Shown here: positions 38,664 through 49,634 of the stretch, piece by piece
Numbering within the stretch: the stretch's first letter is position 1
Layout of the letters: each line of letters begins with the position of its first letter
Source: Planctomycetota bacterium
GTDB taxonomy: Bacteria; Planctomycetota; UBA1135; UBA2386
Direction: 5' to 3'
Assembly (NCBI GenBank): GCA_046290465.1
Contig: JBKAGP010000001.1
Location: 6,336,001 to 6,400,000, forward strand
Length of the DNA: 64,000 nt
The notes under the pieces: generated by a model
Database searches by the model: none
What the model was told of the DNA's origin: nothing
What the model saw: the letters and a program-made list of their open reading frames with translations, nothing else
Program-made: the position numbers and the translations under genes

Positions 38664-41015
38664 TCAGCGCGGCGCCCGGATCGGCTCGCCCGGGGTCCGG
38701 ATCGGCTCGCCCGGCGCGTTCGGGCCCGGCGTGCTGCGCGAGCGCCGGTAGGTCGGCATCTCGTACTCGCCCTGCGTGTCGAGGTCCTCGATGGTCGCGC
38801 CGAGGTCCTCGAGCGTGCGCGCGCCGCCGGCGGTGTTGCCCGACCAGCGATGGTCGATGATGCGCAGGCGGCGTTCGCCGATGTAGTCCTGCGCCTCGAG
38901 CTTCTTCTGCAGCGACACGTGGTAGAGGTCCTGGAAGCTGTCCTCGTCGAGGATCGTCGGCGTCACGAAGAAGTAGAGGTTGGTCTTGTTCGTGGTCGCC
39001 TCGCTGCGGCGGAACAGGATGCCGAGGATCGGGATGTCCTTGAGGATCGGGATGCCGCCGTCGCTCTGCGACTCGGAGTCCTCGATCACCCCGCCGATGA
39101 TCATCGTCGCGTCGGACGGCATCGTCACCTGCGTCTGGATGTAGCGGCTCAGGGTGATGCCGCCACCGGTCACCGAGTTGGGGTCGAACGCGCCGACGAA
39201 GCGGCTGACCTCGAGCGTGATGTTGAGGCGCAGGTAGTTGTTGGGCGAGATCGTCGGCGAGATCTCGAGCGTGATGCCGGCCTCACGCGGGGCGCCGACC
39301 CCGGACTGCGTGGTCGCGGTGCCCTGGTTCTGGGTCTGCGTCGGACGCGACTCGGTGGTGCGCACGACCGCGGTCTCGTTGTTGTTCACCAGCACGCTCG
39401 GCAGCGACAGGATGTTGGCCTTGTCGTCGGTCGACAGCGCGTTGATCAGGATCGGGACCGCGAAGCCGTCGCCCGAGATGATGCCGCCGGTGACGCCCTG
39501 CAGCGGGTTGTCGAAGTCGGGCAGGCGGGTGTCCGGCAGGCCGTCGTCGTCGGTGTCCTGGAACGCCGACTGGCCGAAGCTGGTGAAGCCGAAGCCGCGC
39601 GTGAAGTCGGTCTCGTCGCCGGTCGGCAGGTCGAGCAGGCCGAGCTCGACGCCGAAGCGGTCGAGGTCGCCGGTGGTCAGTTCGACCAGCGCGGCCTCGA
39701 TCAGCACCTGCGGCTGCCGCTGGTCGAGCTTGTCGATCAGCGCCAGCACCTGCTTGTACTTGGTGCCCGCGGCCGAGATCAGCAGCGAGTTGGACTCCTT
39801 GTGCGAGTTGATCACCGTGCGGCGGGTGCGGCGCGCCGAAGCGGCGCCGGCACCGCCGGGGGCCTGGGCCTGCTGCTCGGCCTGGTTGTCCTCCTGCATG
39901 AACGTCTTCAGCGTCGTCTCGAGGTCCTCGGCGAGCACGTTCTTCAGGTAGATGACGTTGGCCGACGCGTCGATCGGCGCGCCCGGGATGTCGAGGCGGG
40001 CGATCAGCTCGAGCGCCTCGTTTACCTGCTCGCCGGTGCCGCTGAGCACCAGCGCGTTCTGCGAGCTGTGCACGACGACCTTGAGCTGCGGCTTGGCGCT
40101 GCCGGCGCTGACCGCGCCCGGGTTGCCGGCGCTCTTCTCCTGCAGCACCTGCTGGCGGATCTGGCTGCGGCTCTCGAGCACTTCGGTCAGGATCGGCTCG
40201 ATCTCCTCCGGCGCCTGGTTGTCGAGCACGACCACCTGCACGACCAGGTTGGGTTCTTCGGCCGGCTCGTCGACCAGCTTCAGCAGTTCGACCGCGGAGT
40301 AGACCTGCGGGCCGAAGCCCTGCAGCAGCAGGGCCGACTTGTTGCCGACGTTGCCGATCTGCACCGAGCTGCCGGCGGTGGTGCCGCCGGTGCCGGCGAA
40401 GAACGGCCGCAGCGCGTTGTTGGCCAGCTGCGCGTTGATGTGCTTGAGCGGCACCGTCGTCAGGATCGGCACGCCGGTCTGGAAGCGGTAGCTCGGCAGT
40501 TCGTCGGGGGTGACGTAGCGGGCGCCGTTGGTCACCTCGCGGCCGCGCTGGCCGGTCATCATGACGATCTCGAGCATCTCGAGGTCGCCGTCGCCCCGCG
40601 GGACCACGGCGAAGCCCTTGATGTAGAGCATCGTCTGGAAGAACGAGAAGAAGTCCTCCTCGAACCGGTCGCGCTTGATCCGGAACGTGCCGAGGAAGCT
40701 GACCACGCTGCCCTGGGTGCTGCCGGTCGTCAGCTCGGTGGGGTTGTAGGTGAACCGCTTGTTGGTCACCTCCTGCGCCCACTTGATGAACTCGGTCAGC
40801 GGCATGCCGTTGCTCTCGTTCATCGAGAACGCGATCGTGTCGGTCGCTTCGTCGACCTCCATGACCGGCTTGACCGGGTCCTGGGTGGACGGATTTGACG
40901 TCTCGGTCTCGTTCTGCGCGGCGGCGAGCGGAGCCAGCGCGAACAGCGCGACGGCGGTAAGGAGCACCCTGGTGAGCGGGCGCAGACGGAGGAGCTGGAC
41001 GTGGTCGACCATCAT
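38664..41015 (-). CDS. gspD: Type II secretion secretin
   Basis: Signal peptide, N-domains (NALVLSG, NSLLISA...LIDKLD), QVLIEAALVE, GITLEISPTI and IPILKDIPILGILFR...KTNLYFFVTPTIL. The start codon is approximate. Confidence 0.92.
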   Translation of the reverse strand: MMVDHVQLLRLRPLTRVLLTAVALFALAPLAAAQNETETSNPSTQDPVKPVMEVDEATDTIAFSMNESNGMPLTEFIKWAQEVTNKRFTYNPTELTTGSTQGSVVSFLGTFRIKRDRFEEDFFSFFQTMLYIKGFAVVPRGDGDLEMLEIVMMTGQRGREVTNGARYVTPDELPSYRFQTGVPILTTVPLKHINAQLANNALRPFFAGTGGTTAGSSVQIGNVGNKSALLLQGFGPQVYSAVELLKLVDEPAEEPNLVVQVVVLDNQAPEEIEPILTEVLESRSQIRQQVLQEKSAGNPGAVSAGSAKPQLKVVVHSSQNALVLSGTGEQVNEALELIARLDIPGAPIDASANVIYLKNVLAEDLETTLKTFMQEDNQAEQQAQAPGGAGAASARRTRRTVINSHKESNSLLISAAGTKYKQVLALIDKLDQRQPQVLIEAALVELTTGDLDRFGVELGLLDLPTGDETDFTRGFGFTSFGQSAFQDTDDDGLPDTRLPDFDNPLQGVTGGIISGDGFAVPILINALSTDDKANILSLPSVLVNNNETAVVRTTESRPTQTQNQGTATTQSGVGAPREAGITLEISPTISPNNYLRLNITLEVSRFVGAFDPNSVTGGGITLSRYIQTQVTMPSDATMIIGGVIEDSESQSDGGIPILKDIPILGILFRRSEATTNKTNLYFFVTPTILDEDSFQDLYHVSLQKKLEAQDYIGERRLRIIDHRWSGNTAGGARTLEDLGATIEDLDTQGEYEMPTYRRSRSTPGPNAPGEPIRTPGEPIRAPR

Positions 41016-41291
41016 CGTTTTGGCTTCGGGTCCCGGACTTGGCGGGGACACACGGATTCCGCCTCGGACTGGCGGTGGCAGGTTTTTATTTCCGCGGTCT
41101 GTCACGAACCAGGACGAACCCGAAGGATGCGCCGGTCTTGCGACAATTGCCGCGATGCCACCGCAACGCTGAGGGCCGCCTGCGACCCACCGTCCGACAA
41201 CCTTCGCAGATTCCGATTGCGTTGATGCCGCAGCAGGGGTTGCATTCGTGGGACACCGCACGGGGTGACCCGGCGGTGCCGAACGCGGGCC

Positions 41292-41762
41292 ATGAAGCTC
41301 TCCGAACTGATCCACGAAAAGCTGGTCGAAGTGCCGCTGAAGGCGGCCGACAAGTGGCAGGCTCTCGCCACGATCGCCCGCGTGCCGGTGCGCGCCGGGT
41401 CCTACCCCGAATCGATGGTCGAGACCGTCGAGCAGGCGCTGGTCGTGCGCGAGAAGAGCATGACCACCGGCATGGAGCACGGCATCGCGATCCCGCACGC
41501 GGCGATCGACGGCATCGACGAGCTGGTCGCCGTGCTCGGCCTCAATCCGGGCGGGATCCCGTTCGAGACGCTCGACGGTGAGCCGGCCCGGATCGTGATC
41601 GGCCTGGTGATCCCGCGCAGCAAGAAGCTGCAGCACATCAAGACGCTGGCCGAGATCGCCAAGCTGCTGTCGAAGGCAGACGTGCGCGAGCGGCTGCTGG
41701 CGTGCACGACCGCCGCCGAGGCGGTCAGCGCGCTGGCCGAACTCCAGGGCGTCGCCCGCTAA
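41292..41762 (+). CDS. PTS IIA-like (Ntr/fructose-type) protein
   Basis: RE....TTG...GIAIPHA phospho-His motif, F...DG and H...LA.IA..L. Confidence 0.9.
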   Translation: MKLSELIHEKLVEVPLKAADKWQALATIARVPVRAGSYPESMVETVEQALVVREKSMTTGMEHGIAIPHAAIDGIDELVAVLGLNPGGIPFETLDGEPARIVIGLVIPRSKKLQHIKTLAEIAKLLSKADVRERLLACTTAAEAVSALAELQGVAR

Positions 41763-41920
41763 GGCCCCGGCGTTCGCCTAGACGCGGCAGCATCGCAGCC
41801 TTGGCCACCCCCGCGCCCCGAGGGCCCGCACCGACGGGCATCGACGCCGTGTCGTCGCGCTCCGTCCGCCACGTGTCGGCGGCCGAATGCAGGCTGTCGC
41901 GACCGGGTATCCTGTTCGAG

Positions 41921-44422
41921 ATGATCGGATCCGAACAGCACGGGGCAGACGCCCCGATCGCCCTCGCGGCGACGGATCCGCTCGGCGGCGTCGGAGCGCC
42001 GGTCGCTTCCCGCTACGGCTGGCGGCGCGCGTTCGTCACGCTGCTGCTGCTGGCGGCGGCGCTCGGCGCGTTCGTGCAGGTGCAGGCGCTGCACGACACC
42101 CAGCTGGTCGCCGCCGGCCGTCGCGTGCCGGCGCTGGGCTGGCTCGCGGGCGGCTGCGACTGGCTGCCGCTCGCCCTGATCGGCTTCGGGCTGGCGCGGC
42201 TGTGCATCTGGCAGCGCGGCACCCGCGAGGCGCTGCGCGTGCTCGCGGTGGTGGCGGTGTTCGCGCTGGCGACCGCGGCGGCGCTGCAGGGGACCGGCGA
42301 CGTGCTCCCGGGCGCGACCGCCTGCGTGCTCGGCGTCGCGCTCGGCCTGCACGTCGAGTCGACGCGCCGGGCCGGGTTGTCCGGCTGCCTCGCCGCCGCG
42401 ATCTGCGGCGCTGTGGCTGCGCTGGCCGTCGCCCAGCTGCCGCGCGCGCTCGACGGCGTCGCGGTGGCGCTGGGGCTGGTGCTGATGGCGCTGGTGCTCG
42501 ACGGCCCGCGTGTCGGCGCCCCGGGCGCCTTGCCGCGCGGCTGGTTCGGGCGGCTGTTGCTGTGGGCCCTGGTGGCCGGCCTGGTCGTCGCCGCCGGCGC
42601 GTGCGCGGACCGTTCGCAGGCGGCGCCGCTCGCCGGGCTCGGCGCGGCCGTGCTCGCGGCGGCGGCGTGCGGGCGGCTGGCGCTGGCGCTCGGCGCGGCC
42701 GCGGCGGCGTTCGTCACGATGTTCGTCGCGGCCCCGACGCTGCACGCCGACGCGACCGTGCTGGCCCGCAGTGGCGACGTCGCCGCGGTCTACCTGCGTT
42801 CGGACCAGCAGGTGCAGGTGCGGCTCGGCGCCGAGGTGCTGGCGGCCGCCGGCCCCGACCGCGACGAAGAACCGCTGCTGCTGGCGCTGCTGCACGCGTT
42901 CGTCGCCGAGGGCGACGTGGTCACGATGCTCGGCCGCGGCACCGGCCGGCTCGGGCCGGCGCTGCGCCGCGAGCAGCGCGGGGTCGTCGAGGTCCGCGAT
43001 CCGTGGCCCGACGTCGTGCCGCTGCTGCCGCGCGCCACCGCCGACGGGCCGGTGGCGCCGCCGACGGGAGCGCGCGATGCGTGCTCCCCGGGGCCGGCGT
43101 TCGCCCGGCCGCTCGCCGATCTTCCCGACGCCTCCCGGCAGCTGCTGTGCGTCTGCGAACTGCCGATCGCGGCGACCGCACACCGCGCCACGGTGACGTT
43201 CCAGCGGCAGCTGCGCCGCGTCGTCGGCGAGGGCCTGGTGCTGCAGCCGATCGCGCTCGACCGGGTCGCGCCGGCGCAGCTCGATGCGTTGCTGCGCGCA
43301 GCGGGCGCCGCCCACCGCTGGAACGGCGTCTACAAGGTCGGCGACGCGGCGGTGCTGGTCAGCGGCAGCCGGCACCCGTCTCTGCGCGGCGGCTTCGAGC
43401 GCTGGAGCGACGACGCGCGCTGGGCGCTGCACCGCGCCCACCTCGACGGTCCGGCCGACCTGCGGGCGGCGTTCGTCGGCACGCTGTGCGAACGTCCCGA
43501 CGGCGACGCCGGCCGCGACTCGGCGGGCCAGCTGCTGGCGCGCTCGCTCGACGTCGCGACCGAGCCGCCGCGCCCGGAAGGCCTGCTCGCCTTTTGGCAG
43601 CGCATGCACTCCGAGATGCTGCGGGCCAAGGGCCGCCTGCTGGTGCTCGCCGACGATCCCAGGGGACGTGGCGAAGCGGCGTCGATCGCCGCGCAGTTCG
43701 TGCCGATCGGCGCGCCGCGGCCATGGCTGCAGGCGGCGCTCGGCCTGCAGGGGCGCGACGGCGTCGCGCTGCGCGACCCGCGGCTGCAGAGCCGCTGCGC
43801 GCACGCGCTCGACCCGACGTTCTTCGGGTCGCCGCCGGCCGTGTTCGGCACGCTCGAGCGACCCGTGCAGGAGCTCGGCGACCTCGAGGACGAGCATCGC
43901 GTGCAGGTCTCCGAACGGCTGGCGCAGCGCTGCAGCGGCGAGAACCCGCTGGCCGTCGCGCTGCGCGCGCGCTTCCCGAGCCGCTGCGCGCGTTCGCTGG
44001 TGGCGGCGCTGGCGCGCGGGCCGCTGCCGACCGACCAGGCGCTGGCGTTGCGCGAACTCGCCGATCCGTTCGTGATCGACGAGGCGGCGCGGCTGCTGCT
44101 GCCGGCCGGCCGCTGGCCGGAGCTGCTGACCTACTGGCGCGCCGACCTGCCGCTGCCGACCGGCCTCCGCGAGGCCGCCGGCGCGGTCGATCGCGACGGC
44201 CGCAAGCGGCTCGCGATCGCGCTGCGCACGCACCTCGATCCGAGCTGCCACCAGCTGCTCGCCGACCTCTTGCTCGACGACGATCTCGACGTGCGCACGC
44301 TGGCCGCGGCCGCGTTGCACGGCGCGGTCGGCGAGCGCGTGCCGTTCGACGCGAAGTGGCCACGTTCCCGCCGAGAGGATGCGGCAAGTCGGCTGCGCGA
44401 TCTGCATAATCGCCGGCCATGA
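41921..44422 (+). CDS. Hypothetical multi-pass membrane protein, possibly a degenerate membrane/spermidine-synthase-like fusion with a HEAT-like C-terminus
   Basis: Many hydrophobic helices in the first third, then V.MLGRGTG (resembling the GxGxG SAM motif) and LADLLLDDDLDVRTLAAAAL. The stop is ATGA-coupled to lpxD. The start is uncertain. Confidence 0.55.
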   Translation: MIGSEQHGADAPIALAATDPLGGVGAPVASRYGWRRAFVTLLLLAAALGAFVQVQALHDTQLVAAGRRVPALGWLAGGCDWLPLALIGFGLARLCIWQRGTREALRVLAVVAVFALATAAALQGTGDVLPGATACVLGVALGLHVESTRRAGLSGCLAAAICGAVAALAVAQLPRALDGVAVALGLVLMALVLDGPRVGAPGALPRGWFGRLLLWALVAGLVVAAGACADRSQAAPLAGLGAAVLAAAACGRLALALGAAAAAFVTMFVAAPTLHADATVLARSGDVAAVYLRSDQQVQVRLGAEVLAAAGPDRDEEPLLLALLHAFVAEGDVVTMLGRGTGRLGPALRREQRGVVEVRDPWPDVVPLLPRATADGPVAPPTGARDACSPGPAFARPLADLPDASRQLLCVCELPIAATAHRATVTFQRQLRRVVGEGLVLQPIALDRVAPAQLDALLRAAGAAHRWNGVYKVGDAAVLVSGSRHPSLRGGFERWSDDARWALHRAHLDGPADLRAAFVGTLCERPDGDAGRDSAGQLLARSLDVATEPPRPEGLLAFWQRMHSEMLRAKGRLLVLADDPRGRGEAASIAAQFVPIGAPRPWLQAALGLQGRDGVALRDPRLQSRCAHALDPTFFGSPPAVFGTLERPVQELGDLEDEHRVQVSERLAQRCSGENPLAVALRARFPSRCARSLVAALARGPLPTDQALALRELADPFVIDEAARLLLPAGRWPELLTYWRADLPLPTGLREAAGAVDRDGRKRLAIALRTHLDPSCHQLLADLLLDDDLDVRTLAAAALHGAVGERVPFDAKWPRSRREDAASRLRDLHNRRP

Positions 44423-45396
44423 CCGAAGTCTCAGTTGCCGCGTTGGTGGAGTTGGTTGGGGGTCGCCTGGTGGGCGACGGCACGCGTCGGATCGTCGGCC
44501 TCTGTGACCTCCGGCAGGCCGCGCCGGATCGGATCGGCTTCGTGCGCCACCCGCGCTACCAGGAGATGGCCCGCGACACCGCGGCCGGGGCGCTGCTGGC
44601 AGGCGACGAGTTCGAGACCGCGGCCAGCCTGATCGTCGTGGCCGACGTCGACGTCGCCTACGCCAAGGTTGCGATGCACTTCCATCCGCTGCCGCTGGCG
44701 CGCGAACACGACGTGCACCCGACCGCGTTCGTGCACCCAGAGGCCGAACTCCAGCCGCCGGTGCAGGTCGGCCCCAACGCCAGCGTCGGCCGCTGCCGGA
44801 TCGGTGCGGGCACCGCGATCAAGGCCGGCGCCTCGGTCGGCGACGGCGCGCAGCTCGGCCGCGATTGCCTGATCCACGCCAACGCCACCGTCGGCCACGA
44901 CTGCGTGCTCGGCGACCGCGTGATCCTGCAGCCCAACGCGGTGGTCGGCAGCGACGGCTTCGGCTACGCGCGCGAGGGCGCGACCTGGCACAAGGTGCCG
45001 CAGCTCGGCCACGTCGTCTGCGGCGACGACGTCGAGGTCGGCTCCAACTCGGCGGTCGACCGCGGCACGCTCGGCGTCACCACGATCGGCGCGCGCACCA
45101 AGCTCGACAACCTGGTGCACATCGCGCACAACTGCGCGATCGGCGAGGACGTCGTGATGGCCGCCGGCGCGATGGTCGCGGGCTCGACGACGCTCGGCGA
45201 CCGCTGCGTGCTGGCCGGCCAGGTCGGCGTCGCCGGCCACCTCAAGATCACCCACGACTGCCGCTTCGCCGGCGACACCGTGGTCCTCCGCGACGTGCCC
45301 GAACCGGGCGACTACATGGGCCACCCGATGATGACCAAGCGCCAGTATCTGCGCCTGATGCGCGACCAGCGGCGCAGCGTCGGCGACAAGGGCTAG
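44419..45396 (+). CDS. lpxD: UDP-3-O-(3-hydroxyacyl)glucosamine N-acyltransferase
   Basis: Hexapeptide repeats plus GSDGFGY, KVPQLG.V, DRGTL, KLDNLVHIAHN and AGQVGVAGH motifs. Confidence 0.95.
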   Translation: MTEVSVAALVELVGGRLVGDGTRRIVGLCDLRQAAPDRIGFVRHPRYQEMARDTAAGALLAGDEFETAASLIVVADVDVAYAKVAMHFHPLPLAREHDVHPTAFVHPEAELQPPVQVGPNASVGRCRIGAGTAIKAGASVGDGAQLGRDCLIHANATVGHDCVLGDRVILQPNAVVGSDGFGYAREGATWHKVPQLGHVVCGDDVEVGSNSAVDRGTLGVTTIGARTKLDNLVHIAHNCAIGEDVVMAAGAMVAGSTTLGDRCVLAGQVGVAGHLKITHDCRFAGDTVVLRDVPEPGDYMGHPMMTKRQYLRLMRDQRRSVGDKG

Positions 45397-45478
45397 GAGC
45401 GCGTCCATGTAGTGGACGCGCTGCCAACCGGGATCGCGGAAGCGGCGTGTACGCCTCGGACGGGGCTTTGCCCGCTAG
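45393..45478. repeat. Dispersed CTAG-bounded element, copy 2 (at the lpxD stop codon)
   Basis: Near-identical to 33901..33987. Confidence 0.85.
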
Positions 45479-45581
45479 TGGTCGTTGGTCCGATAGACGT
45501 GGCACGCTGCGCGGCCGTCGCCGCCGTCTGCCGGACGCACGACACCAGGCCCAGCGGGCGGGCGCCAAAGGGGCGTCGCGC

Positions 45582-46346
45582 CTACCTGGCCGCCGGCAGG
45601 TGCTCGAAGATCGCGCCGTCGAGCGGCGACCACAGCGGCTGGCGGACGCCGGCGGCGCGCAGCGCGCCGCTCGCCCAGTTGTTGCACGTGTGGAACAGGT
45701 GGTAGCTGCCGACGCCTTCGTAGAAGACGTCGCCCGGGGTGTAGCTGCGGCCCGCGATCAGGATCGGGTCGCCGTCGGCGTCGCGGGCGAAGCCGCGTTC
45801 GACGTAGGCGCAGAAGCGCTCGTACTCGTCGTCGCGCAGGTACAGGCGCCGGCACCGTTCGTCGGGGACCGGCAGGTACCAGTGGTAGTAGATGTGCATC
45901 ACCGACGGGGTCGGCAGCAACACGGCGGCGGCCGTGGTGCCGATGCTGAGGTCGTCCCAGGTCGGCGTGCCGAGGAAGAAGCCGCGGTCGCCCCAGCCGA
46001 TCAGCACGTGCGGCGCGCTGGCGTTGCCGACCGTCATGTCCTCGAGCGGCGCGAACTTCGTCCAGTCCTTCTTCGGGTGGCGCGCCGGCAGGTAGAAGTC
46101 GGTATGGATGCCGTTGGAGACGATCATCACCGGCACGCCTTCGTCGGCGGGGCGGTAGTCGTCGTGGACCGTGATGCTGCCGAACAGCCAGACGGCGCCG
46201 GCGTAGAGCAACACGAACGCGACCAGCGCCAGCAGCGCGAACAGCAGCCAGCGCAGCAGGCGGCGACGCCACGAACGGCGCTTCGGCGGCGCGGTCGCGC
46301 CGGCCGTCGGGACGGGATCGGTGGCGGCTGGCGCGTCCGTCGTCAC
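45582..46346 (-). CDS. DUF2459 family protein
   Basis: N-terminal TM, then SNGIHTD, IGWGDRGFF.GTPTW and D.FY...GSYHLFHTCNNW motifs. Confidence 0.85.
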   Translation of the reverse strand: MTTDAPAATDPVPTAGATAPPKRRSWRRRLLRWLLFALLALVAFVLLYAGAVWLFGSITVHDDYRPADEGVPVMIVSNGIHTDFYLPARHPKKDWTKFAPLEDMTVGNASAPHVLIGWGDRGFFLGTPTWDDLSIGTTAAAVLLPTPSVMHIYYHWYLPVPDERCRRLYLRDDEYERFCAYVERGFARDADGDPILIAGRSYTPGDVFYEGVGSYHLFHTCNNWASGALRAAGVRQPLWSPLDGAIFEHLPAAR

Positions 46347-47410
46347 TACGGCCACCAGTCCGTCATGCGCGCCTGCACCGCAGCGGCGATCTCGTCGCGG
46401 GCACGGCGGTAGACCATCAGGTCGCCGCCGTAGGGATCGGCGATGTCGAGGCCGTCGGGACGCAGCAACTCGACGCGGTCGCCGACCTCGGGCGCTTCGG
46501 CCAGCAGCGCGCGGCGGTGGCTGTCGCCGAGGCAGTAGATCTTCTCGGCGCGGGTCCACAGCATCGGGTCGATCGGCTGGCTGAGGTGCGGGCCGAGATC
46601 GAGGCCGACCTCGGCGCCGGCCTCGAGGCTGCCGTCGCTGGCGGCCATGCCGGGCATCGTCGCGGTGCCGGCGCTCGCGAAGCGCAGGCCACGCGCCAGC
46701 ACGCGGTCCTCGGGCACGCCCATCGCCTTGGCCGTCAGCTGCCGTGCGAACGCCTCGGCGAGCGGCGAGCGGCAGGTGTTGCCGGTGCAGACGAACAGGA
46801 TCAGGTCGGCCGCGGTGTTGAGCACTTCGTCGCGCGACAGGATGCCCTCGCGCAGCACCTGCAGTTCGCCGGCGTCGGCCCGCACGATCGTCGACGCCGA
46901 GCCGATCGGCGACGGGCCGTCGTCGACCATCTGCGTCGCGTCGTCGCCGCAGGCGGCCGCGACCGCGTCGGGATCGACCAGCGCGGTGCCGTCGCGCGGG
47001 ATGCTGGTCAGCCACAGCGGCTCGCCGCAGGCGCGCACCACCGCGCGCGTGAACACGTGCGACGGCAGCCGCACGCCGACGCTGCCGCCGTCGCCGTCGG
47101 TTGCGACGATCAGCGTCAGCGGGCCGGGCCAGTAGCGTTCGATCAGGCGTTCGGCGCCGCGGTGCAGGCGCGCGCCGAGCTTGCGCACGTCGTCCGCGTC
47201 GGCGACGTGGAACGTCAGCGGCTGCGCCGGGTCGCGGCCACCGAAGCGGCGCAGGCGCTCGGCGGCGCCGTCGTGGCTCGGCAGCGCCGCGACGCCGTAG
47301 ACCGTCTCGGTCGGCAGCACGCACAGCTCACCGCGCTGCAGCGCGGCGACGACCTCGCTACGCAGCTTGTCGGGGTCGGCGTCTGCCAGCGACGTTCGTT
47401 GCAGGGGCAT
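46346..47410 (-). CDS. Fusion of a Sua5/TsaC (YrdC)-like domain and a low-molecular-weight protein phosphatase (YwlE-like)
   Basis: N-terminal PTETVYG, YWPGPLT, VGVRLP and STIV...LREG. C-terminal ILFVCTGNTCRSPLAE, SAG and DIADPYGG. Confidence 0.9.
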   Translation of the reverse strand: MPLQRTSLADADPDKLRSEVVAALQRGELCVLPTETVYGVAALPSHDGAAERLRRFGGRDPAQPLTFHVADADDVRKLGARLHRGAERLIERYWPGPLTLIVATDGDGGSVGVRLPSHVFTRAVVRACGEPLWLTSIPRDGTALVDPDAVAAACGDDATQMVDDGPSPIGSASTIVRADAGELQVLREGILSRDEVLNTAADLILFVCTGNTCRSPLAEAFARQLTAKAMGVPEDRVLARGLRFASAGTATMPGMAASDGSLEAGAEVGLDLGPHLSQPIDPMLWTRAEKIYCLGDSHRRALLAEAPEVGDRVELLRPDGLDIADPYGGDLMVYRRARDEIAAAVQARMTDWWP

Positions 47411-47497
47411 GCCGCGACCTTAGCCTGCACGCGCACCGACGGAAACCGTGGCCAAGGGGAGCAATCGCCGCAGCGACGTCCTATCCTGCTCGGCTCG

Positions 47498-48237
47498 ATG
47501 TCGAACCTGGAGCGCGAAGAACGGCTGTCCCGCATCCGGATGCAGCGGCTGGCGCAGCTCGGCACGCTGCTGGCGGGGTTCGCGCACGAGGTGCGCAACC
47601 CGTTGAGCACGATCGGCCTCAACCTGCAGCTGGTGCTCGAGGACTTCCGCGAGGCGGAGTCGACGCGCGACAAGCGCACGAGAAAGCGCCTGTCGACGGT
47701 CGAGGCCGAAGTGCGTCGGCTGCAGACGATCCTCGAGGAGTTCCTCAGCTACGCGCGCGCGCCCGAGCCCCGGCTCGCCGACGTCGACCTCAACCAGAAG
47801 CTGCAGGCGGTGGTGGACTTCCAGGAACCGGAGATCAAGGAGGCGGGGCTGTCGCTGCGCTTCTACCCCGGCAAGGACGTCGGCGCGGTCGCGTGCGACT
47901 GGGACCACGTGCAGGCCGCGGTCGGCAACCTGATCCGCAACGCCAAGGACGCGACGCCGGCCGGCGGCGAGATCCTGGTGTCGACGCTGCGCGACGGCGA
48001 GTTCGTCACGATCCGCGTCACCGACACCGGCGAAGGCATCCCCGAGGAGCAGGCCGCGCGCGTGCTCGAGCCGTACTTCAGCACCAAGAAGGGCGGCACC
48101 GGCCTCGGCCTGCCGACCGTTCGCCGCGTTGCCGAGGAGCACGGCGGCACGCTGTCGCTGCAGTCGGACCGCGGCAAGGGCACGCAGTTCATGTTGCGCC
48201 TGCCGATCCGCGGCGCCGAACCCACACGAGCCAAGGA

Positions 48238-48241
<4 letters not shown>
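47498..48241 (+). CDS. Minimal cytoplasmic histidine kinase (HisKA + HATPase only)
   Basis: LLAGFAHEVRNPL, NLIRNA, DTGEGI and PYFSTK.GGTGLGL motifs, with no TM or sensor domain. Confidence 0.9.
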
Positions 48242-49590
<1,349 letters not shown>

Positions 49591-49634
49591 GGCGTCGCCG
49601 CCCGCGCGGCCGCGGCAGTTGCTACAGTCCGGTC

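Noticed and set aside
41016..41291. Sigma54 -24/-12 promoter upstream of gspD or the PTS IIA gene
   Set aside because: TGGC is present, but there is no correctly spaced TTGC, so it is unsupported.
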